A stretch of 64,000 nucleotides of DNA from a bacterium. GTDB lineage: Bacteria; Zhuqueibacterota; Zhuqueibacteria; Residuimicrobiales; Krinioviventaceae. The notes beneath the pieces were generated by a model. The model was not told where the DNA came from and did no database searches. It was given only the letters and a program-made list of their open reading frames with translations. Position numbers and translations under genes: made by a program. The stretch spans positions 1,248,001 through 1,312,000 of the forward strand of contig CAXXMD010000003.1 in NCBI GenBank assembly GCA_963675755.2, read 5' to 3'. Shown here piece by piece: positions 41,669 through 52,375 of this stretch (position 1 is its first letter; each line of letters begins with the position of its first letter).

Positions 41669-42769
41669 TTAAACTAATTTCTGATAGACTTTTAACATTT
41701 GATCAGCATTTTCTGACCAATTGTAATGTTCGAGAACAAACTGTCGGCCTTTAGTTCCCATCTGGTGACGCAGGTTTTGATCTTTTGCCAACAATAAAAT
41801 TTTCTCCGCAATGGCCTCAATATTTTCAGGTTCAACAAGAAAACCAGTCTCATTATCTCTTACGACTTCGGGTAATCCGCCAATATTGGAAGCAATAACC
41901 GGAAGTCCGCAAGCGGAAGCTTCTACAACTGCAACGCCAAATGTTTCCGAATCCATTATCGATGGCATTACAAAAACATCCATTTCATTCAATATCTCAG
42001 GGATCTTTACATTCTCAACAAAACCTTTAAACACAACTTTTTCTTCAATCTTGAACGTTTTAATCAAGTTGGTCAATTTTTCCAGCAAAACTCCAGAGCC
42101 AATCACTCTTAATTGTAGATTTGGTTTTTTTTTCAAGCATAGTTCAAAAGCTCTTATCAGAAATTCGATACCATATTTCTCTTCAAGTGACTTGACAATT
42201 CCAATCGTTACTGTGTCTTGTTCTGAACCAGACAGTTTGGGAGAAAAACGATCAACATCCACACCAAAAGGGATGGTACTTGTTTTTTTGTTTTTTTTTA
42301 AATATAGTTTTACTTCTGTAGTTAACATTCTGCTGGTAGCCGTAACATGATCGGCCTTGTCAAGAATCCACTTTATCAGGGTTGCTCTAAATCTGGATTG
42401 CTTTGGAAAATCCAGGATATCACTTCCCCAAACCGATATAACAAAGGGATGAAAATTTGTTAAAGCTCCCAATATCCCGTATGATGTTGCATAATGCGAA
42501 TGTAAAATATCGGGTTGTATTTTTTTTATCAACTTTTTTATTTCGCCAACATGCAAAAGATAAAGCATTTTTTTTACGGTTGCACTTGTTGAAAACGAGT
42601 GATTTATTACACCTGGCGCAAATAATTTAACATGATGCACTGCTACACCCTCAATTTTTGAATCAAGAAATGAGATAATATGAACATCGTGCCCATTTTT
42701 TGCAAAATATTTTGCCCATTTTTGGGTATGCGTGCTGGTTGCGTCTGCCAGATAAACTATTTTCATCAA
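41669..42769 (-). CDS. GT4 glycosyltransferase
   Basis: SVWGSD, ETFGVAVVEASACGLPVI. Confidence 0.9.
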   Translation of the reverse strand: MMKIVYLADATSTHTQKWAKYFAKNGHDVHIISFLDSKIEGVAVHHVKLFAPGVINHSFSTSATVKKMLYLLHVGEIKKLIKKIQPDILHSHYATSYGILGALTNFHPFVISVWGSDILDFPKQSRFRATLIKWILDKADHVTATSRMLTTEVKLYLKKNKKTSTIPFGVDVDRFSPKLSGSEQDTVTIGIVKSLEEKYGIEFLIRAFELCLKKKPNLQLRVIGSGVLLEKLTNLIKTFKIEEKVVFKGFVENVKIPEILNEMDVFVMPSIMDSETFGVAVVEASACGLPVIASNIGGLPEVVRDNETGFLVEPENIEAIAEKILLLAKDQNLRHQMGTKGRQFVLEHYNWSENADQMLKVYQKLV

Positions 42770-42772
42770 GAA

Positions 42773-43864
42773 TCAACTTTTCTTATTATCAATTTCCAAT
42801 TCGGCCAGAAAATCTAAAACACTCTTGGCAACTTTATCAACTTTTAATTTTTTCAAACATTCAAATGTACTACAATTACGACCAGCATCCAAAACACAAT
42901 ATTGTTGAACAAATGGAGTACATTCCACCTCTTCTCGAATATATCGATGTTTGGAGCCAAATGGAAAGGAATACTGCGGATTTGTTGGTCCATAAATAGC
43001 AAACGTTGGCTTACCTAACATATTGGCTATGTATATAGGACCACTATCATTCCCAATTATTACGGAACAATGACAAAGTTTTTCAATCAAATCCTTAACA
43101 GATTCTGTTTCAACATATTTCAGGTCATTCTTGATAAACAACTCGTTATTCACACTATTTTTTTCATGAATGAACATGATATTATATTTAGGCTTTAAAA
43201 TGTTAGCAAGTTCAATAAAATTATCAAACTCCCACTCTTTGGCGCTCCATCCAGCCAGGGTATTTATATAGATTATGTCATTTTTATTATAATTTAACTC
43301 ATATTCTTTATTAATATTTAAAGCTGAAGGAATCTCCAAGCCAACAATATCCAAATATTTGTCAATTAAATGAGGAGTCTCTCGCACAATTGTAAATTTA
43401 TCATATGCTTTTTTTAAAGTGACTTTATTTGTTCCGACATTTTTCTGCGCACCTGCCAAAACACTTGTTAAAAAAGTAAAATAAGAAGGAGAAATATCAT
43501 ATAATATTTCTGCCTTTGTATTTCGTAAATTTTTAATAAATTTCGTTGAGGGGATTCGCGTTTCCAGCCACCCTGATGGATTCTTTAAAGATTTTATTTG
43601 AACTTGATTCCCAAAATACTGTTCATAAATTGGTTTGTTTGAATTAAAACAGACAAGAATTATTCTTTGGTCAGGATATTCATGAACAACACTCTTAATC
43701 GCAGGTATAGTAAAAACAGAATCACCCAATTTGTGTAAACTTAGCACTATGATTGATCCTAAAGTCTGCTTTTTCTTGGATAATGGTCGGACAATCCCAG
43801 TAAAAGGAGTAACAAACAGAAAAACAAAAATGTTTTCAGCAATTTTTTTTATTTTTTTAATCAT
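42773..43864 (-). CDS. GT9 glycosyltransferase (heptosyltransferase-like)
   Basis: KLGDSVFTIP, AKEW, IGNDSGP, IYGPTNP. Confidence 0.85.
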   Translation of the reverse strand: MIKKIKKIAENIFVFLFVTPFTGIVRPLSKKKQTLGSIIVLSLHKLGDSVFTIPAIKSVVHEYPDQRIILVCFNSNKPIYEQYFGNQVQIKSLKNPSGWLETRIPSTKFIKNLRNTKAEILYDISPSYFTFLTSVLAGAQKNVGTNKVTLKKAYDKFTIVRETPHLIDKYLDIVGLEIPSALNINKEYELNYNKNDIIYINTLAGWSAKEWEFDNFIELANILKPKYNIMFIHEKNSVNNELFIKNDLKYVETESVKDLIEKLCHCSVIIGNDSGPIYIANMLGKPTFAIYGPTNPQYSFPFGSKHRYIREEVECTPFVQQYCVLDAGRNCSTFECLKKLKVDKVAKSVLDFLAELEIDNKKS

Positions 43865-43902
43865 TTAAAAATCAATCTCAACAACTTTTTAAAAACTTGA
43901 TT

Positions 43903-44391
43903 TTATCGAACCATTTTTTCCTTATTAAAAGTATCAATAATCTTTTCTATGATATTGGTTGTTGAAATATCCTGAAATTTTGGCAACAATTCCAATTTCA
44001 CATTAAATTCATTAATAACATCCAGCATGGGTGTATTACTTTTATACTCTATACTATCAACATGGATATGTGGTTTGACGGCTTTTAATAGCGGGATAGA
44101 TACATCTGCTTCATCCATAATTATAATATAATCAACAAATCTTATGGCAGACAGTATTTCAGCTCTTTGATCTTGAGAAATAATGGGTCTAAATTGACTT
44201 TTGTAGGCCTGAACTGATTTGTCAGAATTTAACCCAAGAAACAATACATCTCCCTGTTCCTTGGCGAATTTAATTGATCGAATGTGACCTGCATGCAAAA
44301 GGTCAAAAGAACCATTAATCGTGACAACCTTTTTCCCTTGATCCTTTAAAAGTTTCGCAGTTTGTACAGCCTGCTCTATATTAATAATCAT
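43903..44391 (-). CDS. Heptose-1-phosphate adenylyltransferase-like (RfaE domain II / HldC)
   Basis: NGSFDLLHAGH, GLNSD.SV, STTNII. Confidence 0.85.
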   Translation of the reverse strand: MIINIEQAVQTAKLLKDQGKKVVTINGSFDLLHAGHIRSIKFAKEQGDVLFLGLNSDKSVQAYKSQFRPIISQDQRAEILSAIRFVDYIIIMDEADVSIPLLKAVKPHIHVDSIEYKSNTPMLDVINEFNVKLELLPKFQDISTTNIIEKIIDTFNKEKMVR

Positions 44392-44431
44392 AAATTCATT
44401 CCCTTACCAAACATCTTTATTGGTATAATCA

Positions 44432-45832
44432 TTAAATCTTTTTAAAATTCAAAAGTGTCTCCACTCTTGCAATTGCTACAACGGGTATTAAAAAATAAAC
44501 AAAATCATTAATTCTTGCAGATCCTATTATTATACCGCTTTCAAAGAAACCTCTCATTGTCAATCCAAACAATATTGAGCAAGCAATATATAATACAGCA
44601 CGTACCTGATCATTATGGGTTTTTCGAAGAAGGACTATTACTTTATAAAACAACACAAGTATAAAAGCATACAGAATAATACCAGCCAAAAGACCATTTT
44701 CAGAGGCCACAGTTAAAAACAAGTTGTGCGCAGCACCAGACATTTCAGACGATCGGGTAAATGTTGAAAAAAAATCAGTTGGTATGATATACTTGTATTT
44801 AACAAATTCATAATTTCCAAGACCAACCCCTAAAACAGGGTGATCGTGTATAATGTCAATTGCTGTTTTCCAGAGGATATCTCTGCCAGTAAATCCCCTC
44901 TCTAACCTCAACAACAAAAAAACGGTTTTTCCAATAAAAGGTAACAAAACTATAAAAAGAGCAATAAACGAAACTATAACAATCCTGCCAAACTTCAATC
45001 CTAATAATAGAATAAAAAAAGAAGCCATAATACAAAGCAATGCTGACCTTGAATTTGTCAACAAGACAATATAAAGAAAAAACCCCAAAATAAAAAAATA
45101 AAACACTCGGCCCCATAACATTCTTGTCTGGTTTTTATAAAATACCTTGACAAATATTATGGGTATAGCAATAATAAATGGAATTGAAAAATTATTGGCA
45201 TTCTCATAAAATGAAGCCAGGCGAATTTTTATTAAATCTCCTGAAATCAAATCTGTTGGTGAAAAAGCCATAATAGCAGGTAATGATAGAATGGTAAGCA
45301 CTATTGCTGAAAGAATAATACTATTATAAACAATATGAATATCATCAACATTTTGAATCAAATTAAATACAATTACCAAGAAACCAAATATTAAATATAA
45401 CCTGATTAGCTCATTCAAACTATACCCAAATGAAACAGAATGTAAAGTTGCCAAAGTACAAAGAACTAAATAAGAAACAAGAAAACTTGAAACATACCAA
45501 GGTACTGATTCAAATTTAAATTCATATCTTGCAAGCTCAAGTAACCAGACCGCACTAATACCAAACAAACCAAGCCAACTAATTGCAGTAATTAGCACAG
45601 GGGGCAATATGGGTAATAACGGTAGTATAAACACAAAAATTACAAAATAACTCTTGATAGAAATCTCATATTTCAAGAAAACATACAACCCAACGATCAT
45701 AACTGTCATTACCGGTGCAATCCAAACAGATAGTGTTCCACTGAGGAACAAAACAAATAATTCTATTCCTACAAGCAATGTCCAAAAAATGAAAGCATTA
45801 TATGATATTTTATTTGAAGCGTTATTCATCAT
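44432..45832 (-). CDS. O-antigen ligase / Wzy-family membrane protein
   Basis: About 12 TM segments; N.N.F, TNSRSA, GR..LW, HPVLGVGLGNY, AHNLFL..ASENGL. Confidence 0.82.
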   Translation of the reverse strand: MMNNASNKISYNAFIFWTLLVGIELFVLFLSGTLSVWIAPVMTVMIVGLYVFLKYEISIKSYFVIFVFILPLLPILPPVLITAISWLGLFGISAVWLLELARYEFKFESVPWYVSSFLVSYLVLCTLATLHSVSFGYSLNELIRLYLIFGFLVIVFNLIQNVDDIHIVYNSIILSAIVLTILSLPAIMAFSPTDLISGDLIKIRLASFYENANNFSIPFIIAIPIIFVKVFYKNQTRMLWGRVFYFFILGFFLYIVLLTNSRSALLCIMASFFILLLGLKFGRIVIVSFIALFIVLLPFIGKTVFLLLRLERGFTGRDILWKTAIDIIHDHPVLGVGLGNYEFVKYKYIIPTDFFSTFTRSSEMSGAAHNLFLTVASENGLLAGIILYAFILVLFYKVIVLLRKTHNDQVRAVLYIACSILFGLTMRGFFESGIIIGSARINDFVYFLIPVVAIARVETLLNFKKI

Positions 45833-47352
45833 TATTCTTTTAATAATACTTTGGGATTTTCAATTTTAAATAATACCATTAATCCTACAAACAATCCTAC
45901 CCATACAATCAATTTTAAAGCTAAAGAAATTATTATCGGCATACCAGATAAAAACATGGCTCCAATACTTACAAGTACAGAAATAAGCAATGAAATTACA
46001 ACTATCTTGAAAAGAGTGTTTAATATTTGAAAATGATACAGTTTATAAAACTTGAAATGCAAAATCAAATATAACACTAAAATATTTGTATACCCACTTA
46101 TTGAAGTTGCTATTGCTAAACCAATGTGATGATATTTTTGAACGAGTAAAAAAGAAAAAATCAATTTCATTAAAATAGCAAAAGCACTGGCAATTAAAAT
46201 TTTTTTCAATGCACCTAGCGAGTAATATAATTTGATCAATATAGCATGACATACAAATGCTAACAACCCTATTGAAAAATATTTAAAGCTTTGAGAAGTA
46301 TACTGAACCGCTAAATCATTAAATTCACCACGCTTAAAAAAAACAACAATAATATCATTTACATTTGTAATAATAAAAAACATTAATGGCACAGTTAAAA
46401 TAATAACAAATTTTAAATTATTTGTAACAAATTGGACAAGCTTTTCTTTTTTATCCATACTAACTAATTCAGAAATCGAGGGAAAGGCTGCTGTCCCCAA
46501 TGCAATACCAATAAAACTAACAGGTATTTGATATAAAATATATGCATAATTTAAACTTGAAATTGAACCTTGTGGTAATAAATAATTAAAAGACCTGTCA
46601 ATAATCGAATACAGCTGACCTAACATTTCAATTATCATTACAAGAAACAATACGGAAAAACTTTTTCGTATATAACTATTAAATGAAATTCGTAAAGTTA
46701 TATTGATTTTTTTAAATAATGAAAACACATATAATAACAAGAACTGTATTATATACCCAGTGATCATTCCTGTTGCAAGGGCCATTACTCCATACTGTAA
46801 AGAGAATAATAACAAAAAAAGAATGATTGTTACATTTAAAAATAAAGGTGAAATAGCAGGTAGAAAAAATATCTTGTTAGCATTTAAAACACTCTTAAAT
46901 ATCGAAAACAGCCCTCCGAAAAACACTGCAAAACTAACTGTTTTTAATATTTTTACTGCCAACTCGGCATCTTTTGCAGAACCTGATAAATACAAATTAA
47001 TAATTTGAGGTGAAAACAACCAGATACTCGAAGCAATTATTAAAAATATCAACCCATAGATAACTGTAAAATTTGAAAAAAACTGATTTGCTCTTTCTGT
47101 ATCAGCGGAAGTTTTGATTTTCAAATATTGAGGTATAAACCCACCCGGCATTGTATAAAGCAACACACTAAATATTGCAACGGGAATAGTTGTAGCGACC
47201 AGAAAAATATCATATTCTGTACTTGCACCAAATTTTTGTGCTATTAATATTTCACGAACAAAACCCAGAATTTTACTTGTCAAGGTTCCAACTATAATCA
47301 ATATTGATGCGTGAAATATCGAATGCTGTTTTTTCATAAAAAAAGAGGTCAC
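45832..47352 (-). CDS. MurJ/MviN-type lipid-linked oligosaccharide flippase
   Basis: SKILGFVREILIAQKFGA, G.ISSLNYA, F.RGEF motifs. Confidence 0.85.
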   Translation of the reverse strand: MTSFFMKKQHSIFHASILIIVGTLTSKILGFVREILIAQKFGASTEYDIFLVATTIPVAIFSVLLYTMPGGFIPQYLKIKTSADTERANQFFSNFTVIYGLIFLIIASSIWLFSPQIINLYLSGSAKDAELAVKILKTVSFAVFFGGLFSIFKSVLNANKIFFLPAISPLFLNVTIILFLLLFSLQYGVMALATGMITGYIIQFLLLYVFSLFKKINITLRISFNSYIRKSFSVLFLVMIIEMLGQLYSIIDRSFNYLLPQGSISSLNYAYILYQIPVSFIGIALGTAAFPSISELVSMDKKEKLVQFVTNNLKFVIILTVPLMFFIITNVNDIIVVFFKRGEFNDLAVQYTSQSFKYFSIGLLAFVCHAILIKLYYSLGALKKILIASAFAILMKLIFSFLLVQKYHHIGLAIATSISGYTNILVLYLILHFKFYKLYHFQILNTLFKIVVISLLISVLVSIGAMFLSGMPIIISLALKLIVWVGLFVGLMVLFKIENPKVLLKE

Positions 47353-47361
47353 AAAAATAGA

Positions 47362-48573
47362 TTAAAAAATCATCTTTTTTATTCGCAAGAGTTGAGAATA
47401 GGCGGGAGAATTATTTTCACGGTATTCATTAATCTGTTCTGTAAAAAAGATAAAGACTAATGATAATACCATACCAAAAAAGACAACAAAAAGCACCAAA
47501 AATGCACGTTTGGGTTTGGCTTTTTTAATGGGTAAATTTGCCTCATCTAATATCTGCAATGTTGGGATCTCTTTTTGTTCCTGAATTTTTGCATGTTCAT
47601 ATTGGGGCAGAATGAATTCCATAATTGTTTCCTGCATTTTAACATCACGAAACAAACGCAAGTATTCCATGCCCAGATCAGGAAGTTGATCGACAGTGAT
47701 GAGAACATCCTTTTGAGTTTGCATAATATCCGGATTTTGATTTTTCAATTCACCATATTTTTCATACAATGCATCCAGAGTGCTTTTTGCCCGTTTATAA
47801 TCAATATGGTTTTTACCAACATAATTATTCAACACTTCAACTTCTATTTCCTGAGCAATTATCTTTCCTCGTAGTTCGGCAATAGTATTGATTGTTGCAA
47901 GGGTTTGTTCTTCCAGTGCAATTACACCTGTCTCTTTTTGAAATGCTTTTAGCTTTTCTTCAGCCTGGTTCAAATCTGATAAATTCTGGAGATATCGTTT
48001 TTCAATAAATGCTCTGGAATTTGTAGCTTTTTCCCCATTTAACTCTATATTCAACTGATCCAATTTTTTCACAAGATAACTTGTCATCTGATGTGCCAGT
48101 TTTCTGGCTTCATCATCATTTTCTTTTGACATTAAAAATGGCGTTTTTGTCATTGAGCTGATAGTTATCGTTCCATCTTCATTAATATCTGCTGCTATTC
48201 TTTTTCGTAGGGCTTTGACAGTCAATTCAATATTTTTGGTTTTGAATCTGTTTTGCAAATCGAATTGATTTGCAACATCTTCCATCATTGTCCTGCTATT
48301 TATAATAGCAAGAAACCGTGTTGCTTCTTCCGAGGCTCCACCACCTAACAATCCACCAACGGGCAAAGCATCAGTTATCATAGAAGCAATATTCATCCCT
48401 CCCATGTCCCCTTCAGGGCTTAAAACTGTACAACTGGATCTGAACCATCTGGGTACCATGAGACTAAACACAACAGATACAATTGCAAGAATAATAAAAT
48501 TAATTATTAACAGTTTTTTCCACTTTAAAAGTTTTTCAAGTAGATCTAAAATATTAATCAGTTTCTTTTCCAT
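47362..48573 (-). CDS. Polysaccharide co-polymerase (Wzz/GumC-like, GNVR domain)
   Basis: Two TMs flanking a coiled coil; ILDEANLP.KK.KPKR motif. Confidence 0.82.
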   Translation of the reverse strand: MEKKLINILDLLEKLLKWKKLLIINFIILAIVSVVFSLMVPRWFRSSCTVLSPEGDMGGMNIASMITDALPVGGLLGGGASEEATRFLAIINSRTMMEDVANQFDLQNRFKTKNIELTVKALRKRIAADINEDGTITISSMTKTPFLMSKENDDEARKLAHQMTSYLVKKLDQLNIELNGEKATNSRAFIEKRYLQNLSDLNQAEEKLKAFQKETGVIALEEQTLATINTIAELRGKIIAQEIEVEVLNNYVGKNHIDYKRAKSTLDALYEKYGELKNQNPDIMQTQKDVLITVDQLPDLGMEYLRLFRDVKMQETIMEFILPQYEHAKIQEQKEIPTLQILDEANLPIKKAKPKRAFLVLFVVFFGMVLSLVFIFFTEQINEYRENNSPAYSQLLRIKKMIF

Positions 48574-48597
48574 AAAATGCCCAAATAAAATAACAAT

Positions 48598-50499
48598 TTA
48601 TTTTCTTTTTGCCACTTTGATCAAACCAAAACCCAGAATCGTAAAGACCGCCAGTGAAACCAGTTGACCGACAGGTTCGGGCCAATTGAGTCCTATACCC
48701 TGCGGCTTACCAGCAAAAAAAGCATATGCGGCAATAAAAACACCCATAATGCCCTCGCCGGCAATAAGCCCGGATCCCATCAGAATTCCCTGTTCCTTAC
48801 GGCTTGCTTTATCTTCTTCCGATTTTGCCTGTTTTTCCATAAAATACCGAATTACACCACCAACAAATACCGGCGTCATTGCCGACAATGGAAGATAAAT
48901 TCCAACCGCAAACGGCAGCGATGGTGTTCCCAGTAATTCAGCAACTCCTGCAATCGCCGCACCGGTCATCACCAGACCCCAGGGCAAATCTGCCTGCAGT
49001 ACGCCTTCAATCACGGTTTTCATTAATGTCGCCTGAGGTGCAGGTAAATCTGCTGATCCAAAAGTATAAGCTCTACCAAGCAGCCAAACCGCTCCGGCAA
49101 TAAAAAATGCCGAAGTTACCGCGCCAATCAATTCTGCTGTTTGTTGTTTACGTGGAGTAGATCCAATTAAATAACCACACTTTAAATCTTGAGAGATATC
49201 TCCGGCAATGGATGCAGCCACACATACAACCGTACCAATTGTTAAAACCGCAGCTTTACCAAAGTCATCTGTCCAACCTAACGCGTAAAAGATCAAACTT
49301 GTTCCCAATAAAGTTACAATAGTCATACCCGAAGTGGGATTAGAGGAAACCCCTACCAATCCTACAATGCGCGCGGATACGGTTACAAACATGAACGCAA
49401 AGATTGCAATACACACCGCACCCAAAACCCTTACTAAAAATGTAGATCCTACACCCAGCACATGCGGTGTTACAATGATCGCCAGAGCTACAACCAGAGC
49501 GCCAATCATCACAACAATCATGGACAAATCATGGTCTGTGCGGATAGGCTTTGCTACTTTAGCACTAGAACCTGCCCGCAGCTCATTCAAACCGATTTTA
49601 AGAGAACTGTACATGGTAGGTATGGATTTTATAACGGTTATAATTCCCGCAAATGCAACCGCACCGGCGCCAATGTAACGGATATAACGGGTCCAGATTT
49701 CACCGGGAGACATGTCAGCAATCAATTTTGTTGTTTCAGGAAACAAGGGGCTTGTCAGGTCCCGACCAAAAAGGTCGATCAGGGGAATGAGTCCCACCCA
49801 GGAAAGCAACCCACCTGCAACCATAATAGCAGAAACCCGGTATCCCAATATATATCCAACACCCATCAAAGCGGGACCCGCGTCAAGGCCCACTTCTGCT
49901 TTACGCATAACGGGTAATTTTAAACTCAAAGATTCGGGCCATAATTTGAAAAACCCGGTAAACGCTTTATATAATGCTCCAATTCCTAATCCCCAAAACA
50001 CATTCTTTGCCCGTGCGCCACCGGCATCAGCAGCTATCAGCACCTGTGCACTGGCAGTCCCTTCCGGATATGGCAGGGATTGATGTTCTTTTACGATTAA
50101 AAAACGACGCAAAGGGATCATAAACAACACACCCAAAACACCACCCATCATAGCCAGTACACCAATCTGCAAAAGTGAGGGGTCAAAACCCCACAAAAAC
50201 AACGCAGGTATGGTAAAAATAATGCCCGAGGCAAGTGAAGAACTGGCAGAACCTGTGGTTTGGGAAATATTATGTTCCAGAATAGTAGATGGTCCCAATA
50301 ACGGTTTTAACAGACGAAACACAGCTACAGAAACTACTGCAAGGGGTATTGCGGTACTGATGGTAAGCCCTACACGTAAACCCAAATAAGCATTTGCAGA
50401 ACCGAAAATAATGCCAAAAATTATTCCTGCAATAACAGCTTTGAGTGTAAAGTCACGTATCTCTGTTTCAGCAGGTACATACGGTTTAAACTCTGACAT
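48598..50499 (-). CDS. OPT-family oligopeptide transporter
   Basis: NAYLGLRVG, LPYPEG, SSNPTSGM, QDLK.G, APQA.LM. Confidence 0.92.
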   Translation of the reverse strand: MSEFKPYVPAETEIRDFTLKAVIAGIIFGIIFGSANAYLGLRVGLTISTAIPLAVVSVAVFRLLKPLLGPSTILEHNISQTTGSASSSLASGIIFTIPALFLWGFDPSLLQIGVLAMMGGVLGVLFMIPLRRFLIVKEHQSLPYPEGTASAQVLIAADAGGARAKNVFWGLGIGALYKAFTGFFKLWPESLSLKLPVMRKAEVGLDAGPALMGVGYILGYRVSAIMVAGGLLSWVGLIPLIDLFGRDLTSPLFPETTKLIADMSPGEIWTRYIRYIGAGAVAFAGIITVIKSIPTMYSSLKIGLNELRAGSSAKVAKPIRTDHDLSMIVVMIGALVVALAIIVTPHVLGVGSTFLVRVLGAVCIAIFAFMFVTVSARIVGLVGVSSNPTSGMTIVTLLGTSLIFYALGWTDDFGKAAVLTIGTVVCVAASIAGDISQDLKCGYLIGSTPRKQQTAELIGAVTSAFFIAGAVWLLGRAYTFGSADLPAPQATLMKTVIEGVLQADLPWGLVMTGAAIAGVAELLGTPSLPFAVGIYLPLSAMTPVFVGGVIRYFMEKQAKSEEDKASRKEQGILMGSGLIAGEGIMGVFIAAYAFFAGKPQGIGLNWPEPVGQLVSLAVFTILGFGLIKVAKRK

Positions 50500-50546
50500 G
50501 TTTCCCCGTCTTTTTTATTGACCAACTCATTACAAACGAACCGATA

Positions 50547-50638
50547 AAAGTAAGGAAAATAAATTGATAAATCAAGATTCTTTTCGTACATTATTAAGAA
50601 AGAATTTCATTGCTTTTTATAAACCGATGATTTATATT
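50547..50638. promoter_or_regulatory. Divergent putative promoters: TTGATT-N17-TACTTT (minus, OPT) and TTGCTT-N17-TATATT (plus, yggS operon)
   Basis: Positions 50547-50575 and 50610-50638; both match the window-wide motif. Confidence 0.55.
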
Positions 50639-50661
50639 GATGGCTTAACTAGCTCTTTATT

Positions 50662-51348
50662 ATGGACATAAGAGATAATTTCCTGAGAATTCAGGATCAA
50701 ATACAGAATACTTGTACCCAATGCCAGCGAAACGTGGATGATGTTAACCTGGTAGCTGTTACAAAAACAGTAGATGTGCCGGTTATCCGGGAAGCAATAA
50801 AAGCCGGTGTGCAGATCATTGGCGAGAACCGAATACAAGATGCTGAATCCAAACACCAACAGATCTCTGATGATCTGAAATGGCATTTCATAGGTCATCT
50901 GCAAACGAACAAGGTGAAAAAAGCGCTACAGATCTTTGATGTAATTGAAGCTGTAGATTCTGTGCATTTGGCTGTTGAAATTGATAAACAGGCTCAACTA
51001 CTCGATCGAAAGGTCGATATTTTTATACAGGTAAACACATCCGGGGAAGAAAGCAAGTTTGGTATACATCCAAAAGAACTTGAATCCTTTGTTACGCAAA
51101 TCAGGCATTTGAACAATATTCATATATCCGGTTTGATGACCATTGGAGCTTTTCTTTCGAATGTTGAACAAGTTAGACCCGGTTTCAAAAAATTATTCGA
51201 CCTGCGTGAGCAGATTAATCAGTTAGAAATTATTGAACCGATCAAATATCTGTCCATGGGCATGACAAATGACTTTCCAATAGCCATTCAGGAAGGCGCA
51301 ACCCATGTTCGAATAGGAAGAGCGTTGTTTGGAGAAAGAAAGTATTAG
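50662..51348 (+). CDS. yggS: PLP homeostasis protein YggS/PLPBP
   Basis: AVTKT, GENRIQ, WHFIGHLQTNK, LSMGMTND, VRIGRALFG. Confidence 0.95.
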   Translation: MDIRDNFLRIQDQIQNTCTQCQRNVDDVNLVAVTKTVDVPVIREAIKAGVQIIGENRIQDAESKHQQISDDLKWHFIGHLQTNKVKKALQIFDVIEAVDSVHLAVEIDKQAQLLDRKVDIFIQVNTSGEESKFGIHPKELESFVTQIRHLNNIHISGLMTIGAFLSNVEQVRPGFKKLFDLREQINQLEIIEPIKYLSMGMTNDFPIAIQEGATHVRIGRALFGERKY

Positions 51349-51356
51349 GCATTGAT

Positions 51357-51647
51357 ATGATATTTACAAATTTTATAGCAGCTATAGCTGAAGTATTAAA
51401 CCTGGCAATCACTTTATATATGTATATAGTGATTGCGCGAGCACTTATGTCCTGGTTTAATCCCAATCCCTACAACCAGATTGTTCAGTTTATTAACAGG
51501 ATTACGGATCCACCCTTGTTGTGGATACGAAAAAACCTGCCTGTTGTTGTGGGTGGTATGGATCTTTCACCTATAATTCTGATTTTTGCGTTAATGTTTT
51601 TAAACAGATTTTTAATGATGACTTTACGCCAAATCGCATCTTTTTAG
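51357..51647 (+). CDS. yggT: YggT family membrane protein
   Basis: SW.NP.PYN, ITDP, DLSPI. Confidence 0.9.
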   Translation: MIFTNFIAAIAEVLNLAITLYMYIVIARALMSWFNPNPYNQIVQFINRITDPPLLWIRKNLPVVVGGMDLSPIILIFALMFLNRFLMMTLRQIASF

Positions 51648-51669
51648 TATAATAAAGTGGAGAACTGTT

Positions 51670-52341
51670 GTGAAACTAACACCATTAGATATCCGAAAAC
51701 AAGAATTCAAACGGAGTATGAGAGGCTTTGATCCGGATGAGGTAGAAGCATTTCTTACAATGGTGGCGGATGAGTTTGAACTGATGATCCGGGAAAAAAA
51801 CCAGTTGAACGACGAAGCCATTAAACTTCGTACTCAGTTAAAAGATTACCAACAGGTTGAAAACACTTTACGCGACACCTTAGTCAAGGCGCAAAATACA
51901 ATTGAAGATACTAAAGCCAATTCCAAACGTGAAGCCGAAATCATCATTCACGAAGCAGAATTACAGGCCGAAAATATCATCAAAGATGCCAAAGAAGAAC
52001 TGATGCGTTTACGCAATGAAGCCCATATGGTAAGGGCACAAAAAGAATCGTTTGCAAACCGGTTACGCCATTTGTTGGGATCACAAATTGAGCTTTTAGA
52101 AGTTCTGGAAATGGATGACGATGAGATGGATCCGCGCCGGGCACGTGCGCAGCGCAGACAGGAAGAAATGTCTGCAAATCAAAGAGAGCAAGCAGGCCAG
52201 GGACTGGGGGAACAACGGAAACAACAGCCTCCTATTATCAGAAATACTGATAATCCCGGGCAGGGAGTCAGGACGGGTGAACAACAACACCCTGATAATC
52301 AACAAAATCAGGACCCGTCTTCGAATGAATTTATTCGTTAA
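51670..52341 (+). CDS. divIVA: DivIVA domain protein
   Basis: LTPLDIRKQEF....RGFDPDEVEAFL followed by a coiled coil. Confidence 0.88.
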   Translation: MKLTPLDIRKQEFKRSMRGFDPDEVEAFLTMVADEFELMIREKNQLNDEAIKLRTQLKDYQQVENTLRDTLVKAQNTIEDTKANSKREAEIIIHEAELQAENIIKDAKEELMRLRNEAHMVRAQKESFANRLRHLLGSQIELLEVLEMDDDEMDPRRARAQRRQEEMSANQREQAGQGLGEQRKQQPPIIRNTDNPGQGVRTGEQQHPDNQQNQDPSSNEFIR

Positions 52342-52375
52342 GAGTTGAATATTATATCAAAAGGAGACAACACTT

